A program made the position numbers and the translations under genes. A DNA stretch of 64,000 bases, taken from Lysobacter sp. Lineage in GTDB: Bacteria > Pseudomonadota > Gammaproteobacteria > Xanthomonadales > Xanthomonadaceae. The stretch spans positions 1,401 to 65,400 of the forward strand of contig JBOHYC010000155.1 in NCBI GenBank assembly GCA_050737755.1. Direction: 5' to 3'. A model generated the notes under the pieces. It saw only the letters and a list, made by a program, of their open reading frames with translations, was not told the origin of the DNA and did no database searches. Every line of letters begins with the position of its first letter. Position 1 is the first letter of the stretch. Of this stretch, positions 51,340 through 61,582 are shown piece by piece.

Positions 51340-52383
51340 GTGTTCTTTCGCAACCTCACGTTCTTCGCCTTCCCCGCCATTCCGCAGCTGCGCGCGGCCG
51401 GACCGCTCGAGGATGGCTTGGACGAGTGCCAACTGCGTCCCGTCGGCCCGTTGGAGCTCTCCAGTCGCGGCTTCGTCTCTCCGCTCGGGCGCGACTCCGA
51501 TGTTCTCGCCCATCGCATCGACGGCGGCCAGGCCATCTGGGTCAGCGTCGGTGGCGAGGACAAGATTCTGCCGCCGGCGGTGATCAACGACCTGCTGGCC
51601 AAGCGCATGCACGAGATCCAGCAGAAGGAAGGCCGGAGCCCCGGCGGGCGCACGCGCAAACGTATCAAGGACGACTTGATCACGGAGCTCCTGCCGCGCG
51701 CGCTGGTCAAACCCTCCCGCACCGATGCCCACATCGACCTCACCCGTGGCGTGATCGTCGTCGACACCGCCTCGCGCAAGGTCGCCGAGAACGTCTGCAG
51801 CGAGGTCCGCAGCGCCCTGGGCAGCTTCCCGGCACTGCCGTTGAATGCCGAGGTCGCCCCGCGCGCGGTGCTGACCGGATGGATCGCTGGCGAGCCCATG
51901 CCCGAAGGCCTGTCCATCGGCGACGAGTGCGAGCTGCGTGACCCGGTCGACCAAGGCGCCGTGGTGAAGATCCAGCGCGACGAGCTGTTCGGCGACGAGG
52001 TCGCCAAGCACCTGGAAGCCGGCAAGCAGTGCACCCGCCTGGCGCTCAACTACAACGACCACCTCAGCTTCGTCTTCGGCGAAGACCTGGTTGTGCGCAA
52101 GTTCAAGCTGCTCGATGGCGCCGTCGACGCCCTATCTTCCCTCGACGCTGACGACCTGCAGGCGGAGCTCGATGCGCGCTTTGCCCTGCAGATCGGCGAG
52201 ATCCGCGAGCTCTACGACGTGCTCGCCCGTGCCTTCAAGTTCTCGGAGCCCGATGCGGAGCGTGTGCCCCCCACGCATGGCGTCCCCTCCCCCGAAGCCA
52301 GTACCGCATCGGGCTCCACCTATTCCTCCCCCAACGCTGACGGAACTCGCGACCTCGCGGGCGCCGCGAAGGAGCCTGCCTGA
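51340..52383 (+). CDS. rdgC: Recombination-associated protein RdgC (347 aa)
   Basis: FFRNLT.F..C.P.E.SSRGFVSP; EDKILP..V; LLPRA; LGSFPALPL; GK.C.RLAL. Confidence 0.9.
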   Translation: MFFRNLTFFAFPAIPQLRAAGPLEDGLDECQLRPVGPLELSSRGFVSPLGRDSDVLAHRIDGGQAIWVSVGGEDKILPPAVINDLLAKRMHEIQQKEGRSPGGRTRKRIKDDLITELLPRALVKPSRTDAHIDLTRGVIVVDTASRKVAENVCSEVRSALGSFPALPLNAEVAPRAVLTGWIAGEPMPEGLSIGDECELRDPVDQGAVVKIQRDELFGDEVAKHLEAGKQCTRLALNYNDHLSFVFGEDLVVRKFKLLDGAVDALSSLDADDLQAELDARFALQIGEIRELYDVLARAFKFSEPDAERVPPTHGVPSPEASTASGSTYSSPNADGTRDLAGAAKEPA

Positions 52384-52754
52384 TGTACAACCGTTCCCGG
52401 CTGATGCTCGCCAGTGCCCTCGCGCTGGTGGCTGGCATCCCCGCCGCTGCTCAACATGCCATCCCGCAGATCGTGACGCGCAAGCCGCGGCGGGTTCGCA
52501 AGCCCTGGTTCAATTGGCGCACGAAGACCCACCGCTACCCGCACGGTGGCCCACGCGAGTGCGCGCGGCGTCAGCGCCAGATCGAAGCCGGGCAGCTTGG
52601 CATCAGCAACGGCCTGCACATCGCGCGACCTGAGTGGATCGGTATAGATCCCGGCGCAGCGTCAGGCGACCGCACCGTTGTGGTTGATTCCAGCTCCCAG
52701 AGCACAACGGACGTCGTTGCGATGGTTCGCGCCTTGGAGGCCGGGCGCGCATGA
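52383..52754 (+). CDS. Hypothetical protein (123 aa)
   Basis: Coupled ORF. Confidence 0.6.
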   Translation: MYNRSRLMLASALALVAGIPAAAQHAIPQIVTRKPRRVRKPWFNWRTKTHRYPHGGPRECARRQRQIEAGQLGISNGLHIARPEWIGIDPGAASGDRTVVVDSSSQSTTDVVAMVRALEAGRA

Positions 52755-52987
52755 ACCGCGCGCTGCCGATGGTCACGTTGCTGCCGACGACGTTCCACGT
52801 GGCGCCGATGCGACGTGAGCCGACGCCGGGCCAGCGCGCGGACTCGACCGCCTTCGCCAGGTCCAAGCGCGCGCGCAGGGCCGAATGGATCGCTCGCCAA
52901 GGGCGCCGCGCCGCTTTCATCGAGTGCGAGCGCCTCAGCCGGCTCGAGGCGTCCTACCTCCCCCTCGACTTCGACCCCGCCGACTGA
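52751..52987 (+). CDS. Hypothetical protein (78 aa)
   Basis: Coupled ORF. Confidence 0.55.
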   Translation: MNRALPMVTLLPTTFHVAPMRREPTPGQRADSTAFARSKRARRAEWIARQGRRAAFIECERLSRLEASYLPLDFDPAD

Positions 52988-53001
52988 TCGGAGCCATCAC
53001 C

Positions 53002-53640
53002 GTGCCCAACTACTTCACCCGCATCGAAGACATTCCCGCCACGTGGCGAGGCCGCTTGTTCGTGACCTTCGGCCGCTGGGTGATCCGCCGCGCCGCGTGG
53101 AAGCCGTACTTCCATCTGCGCAACGTCGACGGCACCGCCTATATGGACCGCTACTGGCTGGTGCGCATCGGGCGCGATGGTGTCGACGAACACGGTCAGC
53201 CGAAGCCGTGGATCAGCCTGCGAGTGCACCACATCCGCAGCAGCGATATCGGTCGGCACTTCCATGACCACCCGTGGACCTTCGTGTCGCTGGTCCTGTT
53301 CGGCGGCTACCACGAGGACAAGCCCTACGACGCGGAGTCCGGTTTCACCGTCAGCCGCCTGCGCAACTGCCCGTCTGGCGTGGTGTACACCCGCGAGACC
53401 TACATCGCCGGCGAGTTCCTGCTGCGCCGTGCCAGCGACTGGCATCGCCTGCGCCTGCCCGACCAGCTGGTCGACGCCGGCACTTGGACGCTGGTGCTCA
53501 CTCTGCCAAAGCGCCCGGAGTCGTGGGGCTTCCTGGTCGACGGCAAGAAGGTCCCGTGGCGCGAGTACTTCAGCGCGCGGAAGTTCGCCGACGCCGTTGC
53601 GCGCGTCCGGATCTACGGCAAGCAGCGGGCGGGCGCATGA
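53002..53640 (+). CDS. Cupin-fold metal-binding protein (212 aa)
   Basis: HH..SD..R.FHDHPW.F.S.VL.GGY.E ... WHRL. Confidence 0.75.
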   Translation: MPNYFTRIEDIPATWRGRLFVTFGRWVIRRAAWKPYFHLRNVDGTAYMDRYWLVRIGRDGVDEHGQPKPWISLRVHHIRSSDIGRHFHDHPWTFVSLVLFGGYHEDKPYDAESGFTVSRLRNCPSGVVYTRETYIAGEFLLRRASDWHRLRLPDQLVDAGTWTLVLTLPKRPESWGFLVDGKKVPWREYFSARKFADAVARVRIYGKQRAGA

Positions 53641-54377
53641 CCATTCCCGCATATCCGCTCCAGTGGCCAGCCGGGTGGAAGCGCATGGAAGCCGTGTATC
53701 GCACGCGGGCCCGGTTCGCCAAGCAGCGGACGGTGCAGAGCAGCTTCACCAACCCCGACGGCAGCCGCGGCTCGTACAACCGCATGAGCGAGATCAGCAT
53801 CGCTGACGCCGTCAGCCGGATCCGCAGCGAACTGGCGCGCATGGGCATCGATGACGATGACCTGGTCATCAGCACCAACCTGCTGCTCCGCCTGGACGGC
53901 CTGCCACGCAGCAGCCAACGCGACCCTGACGATCCGGGCGCGGCCGTCTACTGGACCGATGCTGCAACCCCCGGCAACCCGCCGCGCTGCATGGCGATCG
54001 ATCGTTACGACCGCGTCGCCGACAACCTCGCCGCGGTAGCCGCCACCCTCGAGGCGATGCGTGCCATCGAGCGCCACGGCGGCGCGGCCATCCTCGAGCG
54101 TGCATTCACCGGCTTCACTGCCTTGCCCGCACCCGAGGCGAAGGATCCCTGGTGGGAAGTGCTGGGCTGGCGCACCCGGGCCATGCTGACCGCCGCGGCC
54201 GTTGATCATGGTCTCCAGCAGAGCTGCAACCCGCTGGAATCCGAGCGCCAGTTGGTGGTCGACGCGTACCGCCGCCTGCGCAGCCAGCACCACCCGGACA
54301 AGCCCGGCGGCGACGCCACCGCGTTCCGACGCGTCCAGGCCGCCTACGACCAGTACCAGTTGGAGCAGGGCAAGTGA
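53637..54377 (+). CDS. Phage J-domain (DnaJ-like) protein (246 aa)
   Basis: C-terminal AYRRLRSQHHPDKPGGD..AF.RVQ.AY. Confidence 0.85.
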   Translation: MTIPAYPLQWPAGWKRMEAVYRTRARFAKQRTVQSSFTNPDGSRGSYNRMSEISIADAVSRIRSELARMGIDDDDLVISTNLLLRLDGLPRSSQRDPDDPGAAVYWTDAATPGNPPRCMAIDRYDRVADNLAAVAATLEAMRAIERHGGAAILERAFTGFTALPAPEAKDPWWEVLGWRTRAMLTAAAVDHGLQQSCNPLESERQLVVDAYRRLRSQHHPDKPGGDATAFRRVQAAYDQYQLEQGK

Positions 54378-54691
54378 TCCTCGCTGCCAGTCTGGGCCTG
54401 CGCGCCACGGATGGCGTGGCGGTGTTGGCGGAGCCGATCGCCGGCGGCGTGCAACGCTCGCGCCCACAGGTCCGCGATGACACCAGCCACCTCGAACTGA
54501 TCATGCGGTTCTGCGCCTGGGCCCACCAGTTGCGCCGGTTCCCCACCATCGCGGCCACCAGGGCGCGCTTCGACATCAGTCGTGCAACCGCCTACCGCTG
54601 GCGCGATGCCCTCGCCGCAGCGCATGGCATTCCCACGCCGGCCGACGGCGCCGACGAATATCCCACCGAGCAGGAGAACGATCATGGCTGA
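54374..54691 (+). CDS. HTH-like hypothetical protein (105 aa)
   Basis: RARFDISRATAYRW. Confidence 0.65.
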   Translation: MILAASLGLRATDGVAVLAEPIAGGVQRSRPQVRDDTSHLELIMRFCAWAHQLRRFPTIAATRARFDISRATAYRWRDALAAAHGIPTPADGADEYPTEQENDHG

Positions 54692-55217
54692 CGCCATTTC
54701 GATCGACGAGGCATTCCGCGTCGCCGAGCAGGCGAGTCCACTGCCACAGCGCGCGCACGAGGCTTTGCAGGTGCTCAAGTCCGAGGTCCTGCTGCGCTGG
54801 GAGCAGCGCACCGCGCTCAGCTTCCGCCTGCAGGACTTGCGTGACGCCGCAGCGGCAGCCGGCATCCCCGACGACTCCCCGCTCTACGGCGCCATCCACG
54901 ACGCGACCGCCACCGCCGAGGCCTGGATGCACCCCGGCACTCTCAGCGACGCCGCGCAGACGCACCTGGCCCGGCTGAAGCGTCAACTGGCTGAGCTGGT
55001 CGCATCCCGGGCGGACGACTGGTTGACCATGGAGAGTCACCCGGAGCGGACCACGTGCCTGTTGTGGCATCCCGCGTGGGCAGAGCCATGCGTTGGCGCG
55101 TTCGTGCCGGAGTTCAACGAATGGTGCGACGAGGAGCGCGTCCCGCACCCGCAGCCGATGTTCTGGCAGCCGCTTCCCAGCCTGCCGGGCGCGGAGCAGG
55201 AGCAGGACCATGGCTAA
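54684..55217 (+). CDS. Hypothetical protein (177 aa)
   Basis: CAGGAG RBS before ATG 54684. Confidence 0.7.
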   Translation: MADAISIDEAFRVAEQASPLPQRAHEALQVLKSEVLLRWEQRTALSFRLQDLRDAAAAAGIPDDSPLYGAIHDATATAEAWMHPGTLSDAAQTHLARLKRQLAELVASRADDWLTMESHPERTTCLLWHPAWAEPCVGAFVPEFNEWCDEERVPHPQPMFWQPLPSLPGAEQEQDHG

Positions 55218-56082
55218 CTCCATCCTTCTCGGCCAGGCCGAAGAGATCGACCTGGTGCAGCCGCAGGTCCGCGCCATGCTCGCCGTCGACGGGATCTACA
55301 TCGGTGGCGATACCGATCGCCCGGAACTTACAGTTCCGCTCGCGGTGGTCGACGGACGCGTCTACAGCCTGGAACTCGACGCGGAACTGGCGCCGGAACG
55401 CTTCAACCCCACGCTGACCCTGCACGGACCATACCGCGCAGCCACCCAACCCGCCGACCGCACCGCAATCAGGATGTTGGTCGCCGGCGGGCACGTCACC
55501 GAGGCGAAGGCCAACGAGGCGCTGAACATCGCGCACGGGTTCGACAAGGGGCCGCTCACCCCGCAGGCCCGGCCGGATCGTGACGCCTACGAAGGCGCCC
55601 GCGAGGACTTACTGGACTGGAAAGGTCGCGCCCAGCGAGCAGAAGCCCGGCTCCGCTCTCTCGGTTGGAAAGGCATCGACGCAAGCGAGCCAGCCCCCAC
55701 GGCGGATGGCGGGGCGGTGGTGTATTTCGAATGCCGTCAATGCGACGAATGCGACCACACCGGCATCAATGACGAGCATCCGACCGACTCGGCCTGCCAC
55801 GACTGCGATTGGAGCGGCCCGGCGCCTGTCGAGGACAAGTGTCCAGGCTGCGAGGAAACCGATTGCATGGCGACCGCGTGCCCGAAGTGCGGCGCTCGCT
55901 ACCGCCTGCTCGCCGAGTACACCCACATCGCCCCTGCGCCGGGCGCGGCGCGGACCATCCCGGTCGAGTGGCGCGAGTTCGTGGGGGACTGCGCCAAAAC
56001 AGCGGGTGGAATGGTCTCCGGCAACACCCTCGCCACAGCTGCGCTCGAGCTGCTCAGCGGCGCCCAGCAGGGAGGTGCGTGA
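55210..56082 (+). CDS. Hypothetical protein with a multi-CxxC zinc-finger region (290 aa)
   Basis: CRQC..C, CHDC, CPGC, CPKCG. Confidence 0.7.
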   Translation: MANSILLGQAEEIDLVQPQVRAMLAVDGIYIGGDTDRPELTVPLAVVDGRVYSLELDAELAPERFNPTLTLHGPYRAATQPADRTAIRMLVAGGHVTEAKANEALNIAHGFDKGPLTPQARPDRDAYEGAREDLLDWKGRAQRAEARLRSLGWKGIDASEPAPTADGGAVVYFECRQCDECDHTGINDEHPTDSACHDCDWSGPAPVEDKCPGCEETDCMATACPKCGARYRLLAEYTHIAPAPGAARTIPVEWREFVGDCAKTAGGMVSGNTLATAALELLSGAQQGGA

Positions 56083-56744
56083 TGTCCCAACTCTGCACCC
56101 TCGAGCGATTCCACAAGGACATCGCGACCCACGAGTTGACCATCGTCAAGGACGACGGCGTGCACCGGCACCTGCAGTTCCGCCGGCCGGGCACCTACTG
56201 CTACGGCTTCGACATCGTGACGTGGCCGGGCTACCTGGCCATCAGTGGCGACATGGGCGCCGCGGTGTTCTCGCGCTTGAACGACATGTGCGAGTTCTTT
56301 CGGGAGAAGTCGACGGCGCATGAGCCTCCAGCTCTCTACATCAACCCGGGGTACTGGGCGGAAAAATGCGTCGCCAACAACGGTCCGCACAAGGAGTTCG
56401 ACGAAACCTCGTTCCGGAAGTTCGTGTCGCGGGCGTTCAGCGAATTCGTCGACCAGGCGGAAGTGAGCGGCAGCGAAGCGGCCGCCGAGCTCTGGGAGCA
56501 GCTCGATCGAGAGGTCGTGCCACAGGAGTCGACCCATGACGCGATCGTGGCCCTGGCCGACTTCGAAAGCGACAACGACCTGAAGCTCGAGTTCCCGGAT
56601 GCCTGGGAATGGGCCAGCTCGTTCGAGGTCTACACTTTCCACTTCATCTGGCGCCTCTATGCGATCGCCCACGCGGTGCGCGCCTACGACGCGGCCAAGG
56701 CAGCAGCCGCCCCCTTCACAGGCGTCCAGCCGGAGGCCGAGTGA
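56082..56744 (+). CDS. Conserved phage hypothetical protein (220 aa)
   Basis: GGAGG RBS; FDIVTWPGYLAISGDMG..F.R..DM..FFR; INPGYWAEK. Confidence 0.8.
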   Translation: MSQLCTLERFHKDIATHELTIVKDDGVHRHLQFRRPGTYCYGFDIVTWPGYLAISGDMGAAVFSRLNDMCEFFREKSTAHEPPALYINPGYWAEKCVANNGPHKEFDETSFRKFVSRAFSEFVDQAEVSGSEAAAELWEQLDREVVPQESTHDAIVALADFESDNDLKLEFPDAWEWASSFEVYTFHFIWRLYAIAHAVRAYDAAKAAAAPFTGVQPEAE

Positions 56745-57049
56745 TGAAGCTGTGGAAGGTAGACACCACTCTGTCCACGGTCCGCGAGGTCGAGGGCGAG
56801 CCGTGGCCTGGGAAGGACGCTGAGGGCGATACCTGCTACGACAACACCCACTTTCGTACCGAGTCGGCCGCGTGTGATCGCCTGGCCGCTGACGTTGCAG
56901 CGCGCGTGTCGCTCGCCGGCGCCGACGTACACAACGCCGAGTACCGGCTACGTCAGGCGCATGCCAACGCCGCCGAGGCCGCCAAGGGATTCGAGATAGG
57001 TATGACCCACGTGCGACGCGTGCGCAATCGGGAGATCACTAATGCCTGA
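56744..57049 (+). CDS. Hypothetical protein (101 aa)
   Basis: TGATG coupling. Confidence 0.65.
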   Translation: MKLWKVDTTLSTVREVEGEPWPGKDAEGDTCYDNTHFRTESAACDRLAADVAARVSLAGADVHNAEYRLRQAHANAAEAAKGFEIGMTHVRRVRNREITNA

Positions 57050-57272
57050 TCAACTGGTGCAACCAGCCGCTGGCCAGCTCTGGCGCGATGTCGACGGCCA
57101 CGCACGGATCTGCGGTGTGGTGCCGGTTGAAGGCCAGCCGTACGCGGTAATGCTGCGCACCCGCGGGAGCGGCGGCCGCAAGCGCCGGCCATTCCTGTTC
57201 CCTGTTGCCTCGCTACTTAGCGGTGACGACGGGTGGACCCTGATTGACCAGCCGAGGCCGGCCAATGGATAG
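57042..57272 (+). CDS. Hypothetical protein (76 aa)
   Basis: GGGAG RBS; overlaps the previous stop. Confidence 0.6.
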   Translation: MPDQLVQPAAGQLWRDVDGHARICGVVPVEGQPYAVMLRTRGSGGRKRRPFLFPVASLLSGDDGWTLIDQPRPANG

Positions 57273-57297
57273 CGCGATCGCTCCCCTCAGAATTCAA

Positions 57298-57864
57298 TCA
57301 ACCGCGTTGGACGTCCTGATCATCGTAGCGAGGAAGCGGTCGACCCGATTCTTGCGCGGCGGCCCATTCGCTTTCGGCCACGGCCGCATCCGCCAATGCT
57401 GTGGCGACACCCGCGTCTCGCATCAGTTGGGCGCCAAGCCCTGCGATCAACATCGTCGTCAAGCCGTATCCCCGTTGGTCGGCAATTCGTTGTGCCTGCA
57501 TAGCCACGTAACGCGCCAAAGCCGTAAAGCTGGTCATCCGGGCGCAGTCGGCGCGACGAAGGCGTCCGCACAGAAGTTCGATCCGCTCGATCGCGAGTTG
57601 CAGGTCCTTGCAGTCTTCCCCCAAGTCTCGCTTCATTCCATCGTCCACGTCGCCGCGCAGTCGCATATCAATCCGAAAGAGCGCCCCGCGCGCCGAATGC
57701 AAGTACGGCCACATAGCGATCGATGCAGCACGCGCTTGGGCTCGACGAGCCAGTGTCGTGGAGACGCTCCCAGCAACAGCGATGCCGAGTGCAGCAGCTG
57801 TAGCGGCCAATGTGGCTATCGCGGCGACAGCCTCCCAGCCCCATACCCACGGGTCAGGCGCCAT
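57298..57864 (-). CDS. Membrane-anchored accessory protein (188 aa), inverted within the early operon
   Basis: N-terminal TM helix WEAVAAIATLAATAAALGIAV. Confidence 0.7.
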   Translation of the reverse strand: MAPDPWVWGWEAVAAIATLAATAAALGIAVAGSVSTTLARRAQARAASIAMWPYLHSARGALFRIDMRLRGDVDDGMKRDLGEDCKDLQLAIERIELLCGRLRRADCARMTSFTALARYVAMQAQRIADQRGYGLTTMLIAGLGAQLMRDAGVATALADAAVAESEWAAAQESGRPLPRYDDQDVQRG

Positions 57865-57870
57865 ATAGGG

Positions 57871-58185
57871 TCAGCCGCGACTACGGCGAGCAGCGATTTC
57901 GGCTGCTTCGTCGATCGAGTTAACTCCGGGCTTGAGCACCGTGAAGCCGTTGCTACCGCCATCCACCATGCAGAGGCGTTTGACGTCGGCAAAGTCGAGC
58001 CCCAGATGGCGGGCGATATCGAAGTACAGGTACTGGTGCACGGGTTCCTCGCGCTCGATGCCGACCCCGTTGACGTAATCCGACACCTGCCGGATCAACC
58101 GGTTCTGCTCCGCTGTTTTGGCGCGCTTCTTCGGATCGGCGCCTCGGTAGCCAACGGGCGGGAAATACACGGGGTAACTCAGCAT
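57871..58185 (-). CDS. Accessory hypothetical protein (104 aa), inverted within the early operon
   Basis: ORF MLSYPVYFPP..; ends 6 nt before the next minus-strand gene. Confidence 0.65.
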   Translation of the reverse strand: MLSYPVYFPPVGYRGADPKKRAKTAEQNRLIRQVSDYVNGVGIEREEPVHQYLYFDIARHLGLDFADVKRLCMVDGGSNGFTVLKPGVNSIDEAAEIAARRSRG

Positions 58186-58273
58186 GCGTGAATATCCAAT
58201 CCTGTTCTCCGGACCGATGGTGCGCGCCATCCTCGAGGGCCGCAAGACGCGCCCTCGCACGGTGACCCCATGA
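58184..58273 (+). pseudogene. Truncated remnant of the phage ERPILFSGPMVRAIL.GRKT (ASCH-like) family
   Basis: MREYPILFSGPMVRAILEGRKTRPRTVTP-stop (29 aa), still ATGA-coupled to the next gene. Confidence 0.7.
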
Positions 58274-58716
58274 GGTGCCGCCACTGCGGCTGCACCGACA
58301 CTCAAGCCTGCCCAGGCGGCTGCTGGTGGTCGGCGCCGGAGGTCTGCAGCAGCTGCGCCGCCCGCGCCGATGCGGAACCGCTCCTGCTGAATTCATGCCC
58401 GTTCTGTGACGGCCCGCCGGTGCCGATCGTGCAAAACGACACACCAAACGGCGGCGCTGCTCCTGTGCAGAGCGACTACGGCGACGAGGGCCTCCCCGCG
58501 CGCGCCTTCGTGTTCTGCCACGAGTGCGGCGCCGAAGGCCCTGGCGCCGACGATGTCCTGTTCGACGCGGCGGATTATCAGAGCCTCGAACAGCAAGCAG
58601 TTCGCCTCTGGCAGGAGCGCAACCGCAGGCACCGGCCCCTATACGACGCCGGCAACGAGGAAGGTTTGAACCTCTACCCCCGTGCGCCCGATCCGAGGGT
58701 TGCCGAGGATGCGTAA
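58270..58716 (+). CDS. Lar-like restriction-alleviation protein with an extra N-terminal Zn finger (148 aa)
   Basis: LNSCPFCDG..VFCHECGAEGP..A.RLW..R; N-terminal CRHCGCT...ACPGGC.W....CS.C. Confidence 0.65.
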   Translation: MRCRHCGCTDTQACPGGCWWSAPEVCSSCAARADAEPLLLNSCPFCDGPPVPIVQNDTPNGGAAPVQSDYGDEGLPARAFVFCHECGAEGPGADDVLFDAADYQSLEQQAVRLWQERNRRHRPLYDAGNEEGLNLYPRAPDPRVAEDA

Positions 58717-58745
58717 CCCCATCAACGTCGGAGGTTGCTGCTGAA

Positions 58746-59003
58746 ATGGCGGCACGGTTCGTCACGATCGAGAAGTTCCACCAGGAGACCGGCTACACGC
58801 CGGATGCCGTGCGCTCCAAGATCAAGCGCGTGGACTGGCTGGAAGGCGTTGTCTGGCGAAAGGCGCCTGACGGCCGCATCCTCATGGACCTGGAAGGATA
58901 CGAATGGTGGGTGGAAAACGGTTCAACGGCGTCCGCGCAGCTACAGACACGACAATCGAGATCGACTTCTACTATCGCGGCGTCCGCTGCCGCGAACGAC
59001 TGA
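58746..59003 (+). CDS. xis: Excisionase-like protein (85 aa)
   Basis: FVTIEKF...TGYTPDAVRSKIKR..WLEG.VWRKAPDGRIL; overlaps the integrase start. Confidence 0.8.
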   Translation: MAARFVTIEKFHQETGYTPDAVRSKIKRVDWLEGVVWRKAPDGRILMDLEGYEWWVENGSTASAQLQTRQSRSTSTIAASAAAND

Positions 59004-60064
59004 AGCTCCCCCCCACTCCACGCCACCTCCAGTTCGCCAAGAATCTCCGCGGCCAGGTGCTGGTCGAGATCGAGAAAGGCACCTTCGACTACGCCGAGCA
59101 CTTCCCGGACAGCGCGCGCGCCAAAGTATTCGCCAAGAACCCGGGCGGGCTGACCACCGTCGCGTCGATCCTGTGGACCTGGTACGACGAGAAGGCGCTG
59201 GAGCTCGAGCACAGCACCCTGATCGGCTACAAGCGCATCATCGAGAACGTCCTGGTCCCGCAGGTCGGCGCGCATCAGGTCCGCGCGTTCACTCGCCTCC
59301 ATGCCAAGGACCTGATCACCAGCCTTGGGACCGACGTCAGCGCCAAGCGCATCAACAACGTGCTGGGTCCGCTGCGCGGTGCCTTCGACGAGGCCATCCG
59401 CGATAACCTCATCAAGGACAACCCGATGGCGGGCCTGAAGGTCAAGCGCCGCGCCAAGCCCGACGACAGCGACAAGATCGACCCGTTCACCCCGCAAGAG
59501 GTGCAGCTGATCCTGGCCAAGGCCGAGGGCCAATTCCGCAACTACTGCCAGTTCGACTTCGCGTCGGGTTTGCGGACGTCGGAAATGATCGGGCTGCAGT
59601 GGGCCGACGTCGACCTGGCCAAGGCGACCGCAACCATCCGGCGCGCGCACGTCATGGGCAAGACCAAGGCCACCAAGACCGACGCAGGCAAGCGCGTGGT
59701 CACCCTGCTGCCAGCCGCCATCGCCGCGCTCAAGGCACAGCAGGCCCACACCAGGCTCGCCGGCGGCGCCGTCTTCCACAACCCGGCCACGGGCGAGGCG
59801 TGGGCGAGCGACAAGCAGATCCGCGAATGGAACTGGCGCCCGGTGCTGAAGGCGGCCAGCGTGCGGTACCGCTACCCGTACCAGATGCGCCACACCTTCG
59901 CGTCCCAGGCACTCAGCGCCGGCGAGAACGTCATGTGGGTGGCCAGCCAGATGGGCCACAAGGACTGGACGGTCACCGCGCGCAGGTACTCGCGTTGGAT
60001 TCCGTCTATCGCACCTGAATCCGGCGCCAAGGTCGCTGCGCTCTGGGTTGGCCCGGTCGGATAG
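58904..60064 (+). CDS. int: Tyrosine integrase with Arm-binding N-terminal domain (386 aa)
   Basis: SGLRTSE, YQMRHTFAS, QMGH, RRYSRW catalytic motifs. Confidence 0.95.
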   Translation: MVGGKRFNGVRAATDTTIEIDFYYRGVRCRERLKLPPTPRHLQFAKNLRGQVLVEIEKGTFDYAEHFPDSARAKVFAKNPGGLTTVASILWTWYDEKALELEHSTLIGYKRIIENVLVPQVGAHQVRAFTRLHAKDLITSLGTDVSAKRINNVLGPLRGAFDEAIRDNLIKDNPMAGLKVKRRAKPDDSDKIDPFTPQEVQLILAKAEGQFRNYCQFDFASGLRTSEMIGLQWADVDLAKATATIRRAHVMGKTKATKTDAGKRVVTLLPAAIAALKAQQAHTRLAGGAVFHNPATGEAWASDKQIREWNWRPVLKAASVRYRYPYQMRHTFASQALSAGENVMWVASQMGHKDWTVTARRYSRWIPSIAPESGAKVAALWVGPVG

Positions 60065-60109
60065 TCAGCTTTTGGTCTGTTCGGTGCTGCAGAGCTTGGT
60101 ATGGAAGGC

Positions 60110-60143
60110 TCGGACGGGGGTTCAATTCCCCCCACCTCCACCA
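60110..60143 (+). other. Prophage att site: duplicated 3' end of tmRNA (ssrA)
   Basis: CGGACGGGGGTTCAATTCCCCCCACCTCCACCA: T-arm plus acceptor strand and CCA, with no tRNA/tmRNA 5' half upstream. Confidence 0.85.
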
Positions 60144-60148
60144 TTTGC

Positions 60149-60187
60149 AAACGACGACGGGCCGCCAAAAGCGGCCCGTCGTCGTTT
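60149..60187 (+). terminator. Rho-independent (bidirectional) terminator
   Basis: Perfect 17-bp stem AAACGACGACGGGCCGC / GCGGCCCGTCGTCGTTT. Confidence 0.9.
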
Positions 60188-60271
60188 GGTGCGCGCGGCC
60201 TCGATGCGGTTGCGGACGCTGTCGATCGGCGCCACTATCGCCCGGCAGGGGGTCGTTCAAGAGGCAATCAG

Positions 60272-61574
<1,303 letters not shown>

Positions 61575-61582
<8 letters not shown>

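Larger units (their letters stand above)
1..60143. mobile_element. Temperate prophage (podovirus-like late module, lambdoid-like control region), left end outside window
   Basis: Contiguous capsid, portal, terminase, lysis, replication, cI/cro and xis/int genes, ending at a tmRNA 3'-end duplication. Confidence 0.95.

Noticed and set aside
60110-60143. Complete tRNA or tmRNA gene
   Set aside because: Only the T-arm and 3' acceptor strand are present; upstream sequence is the integrase end
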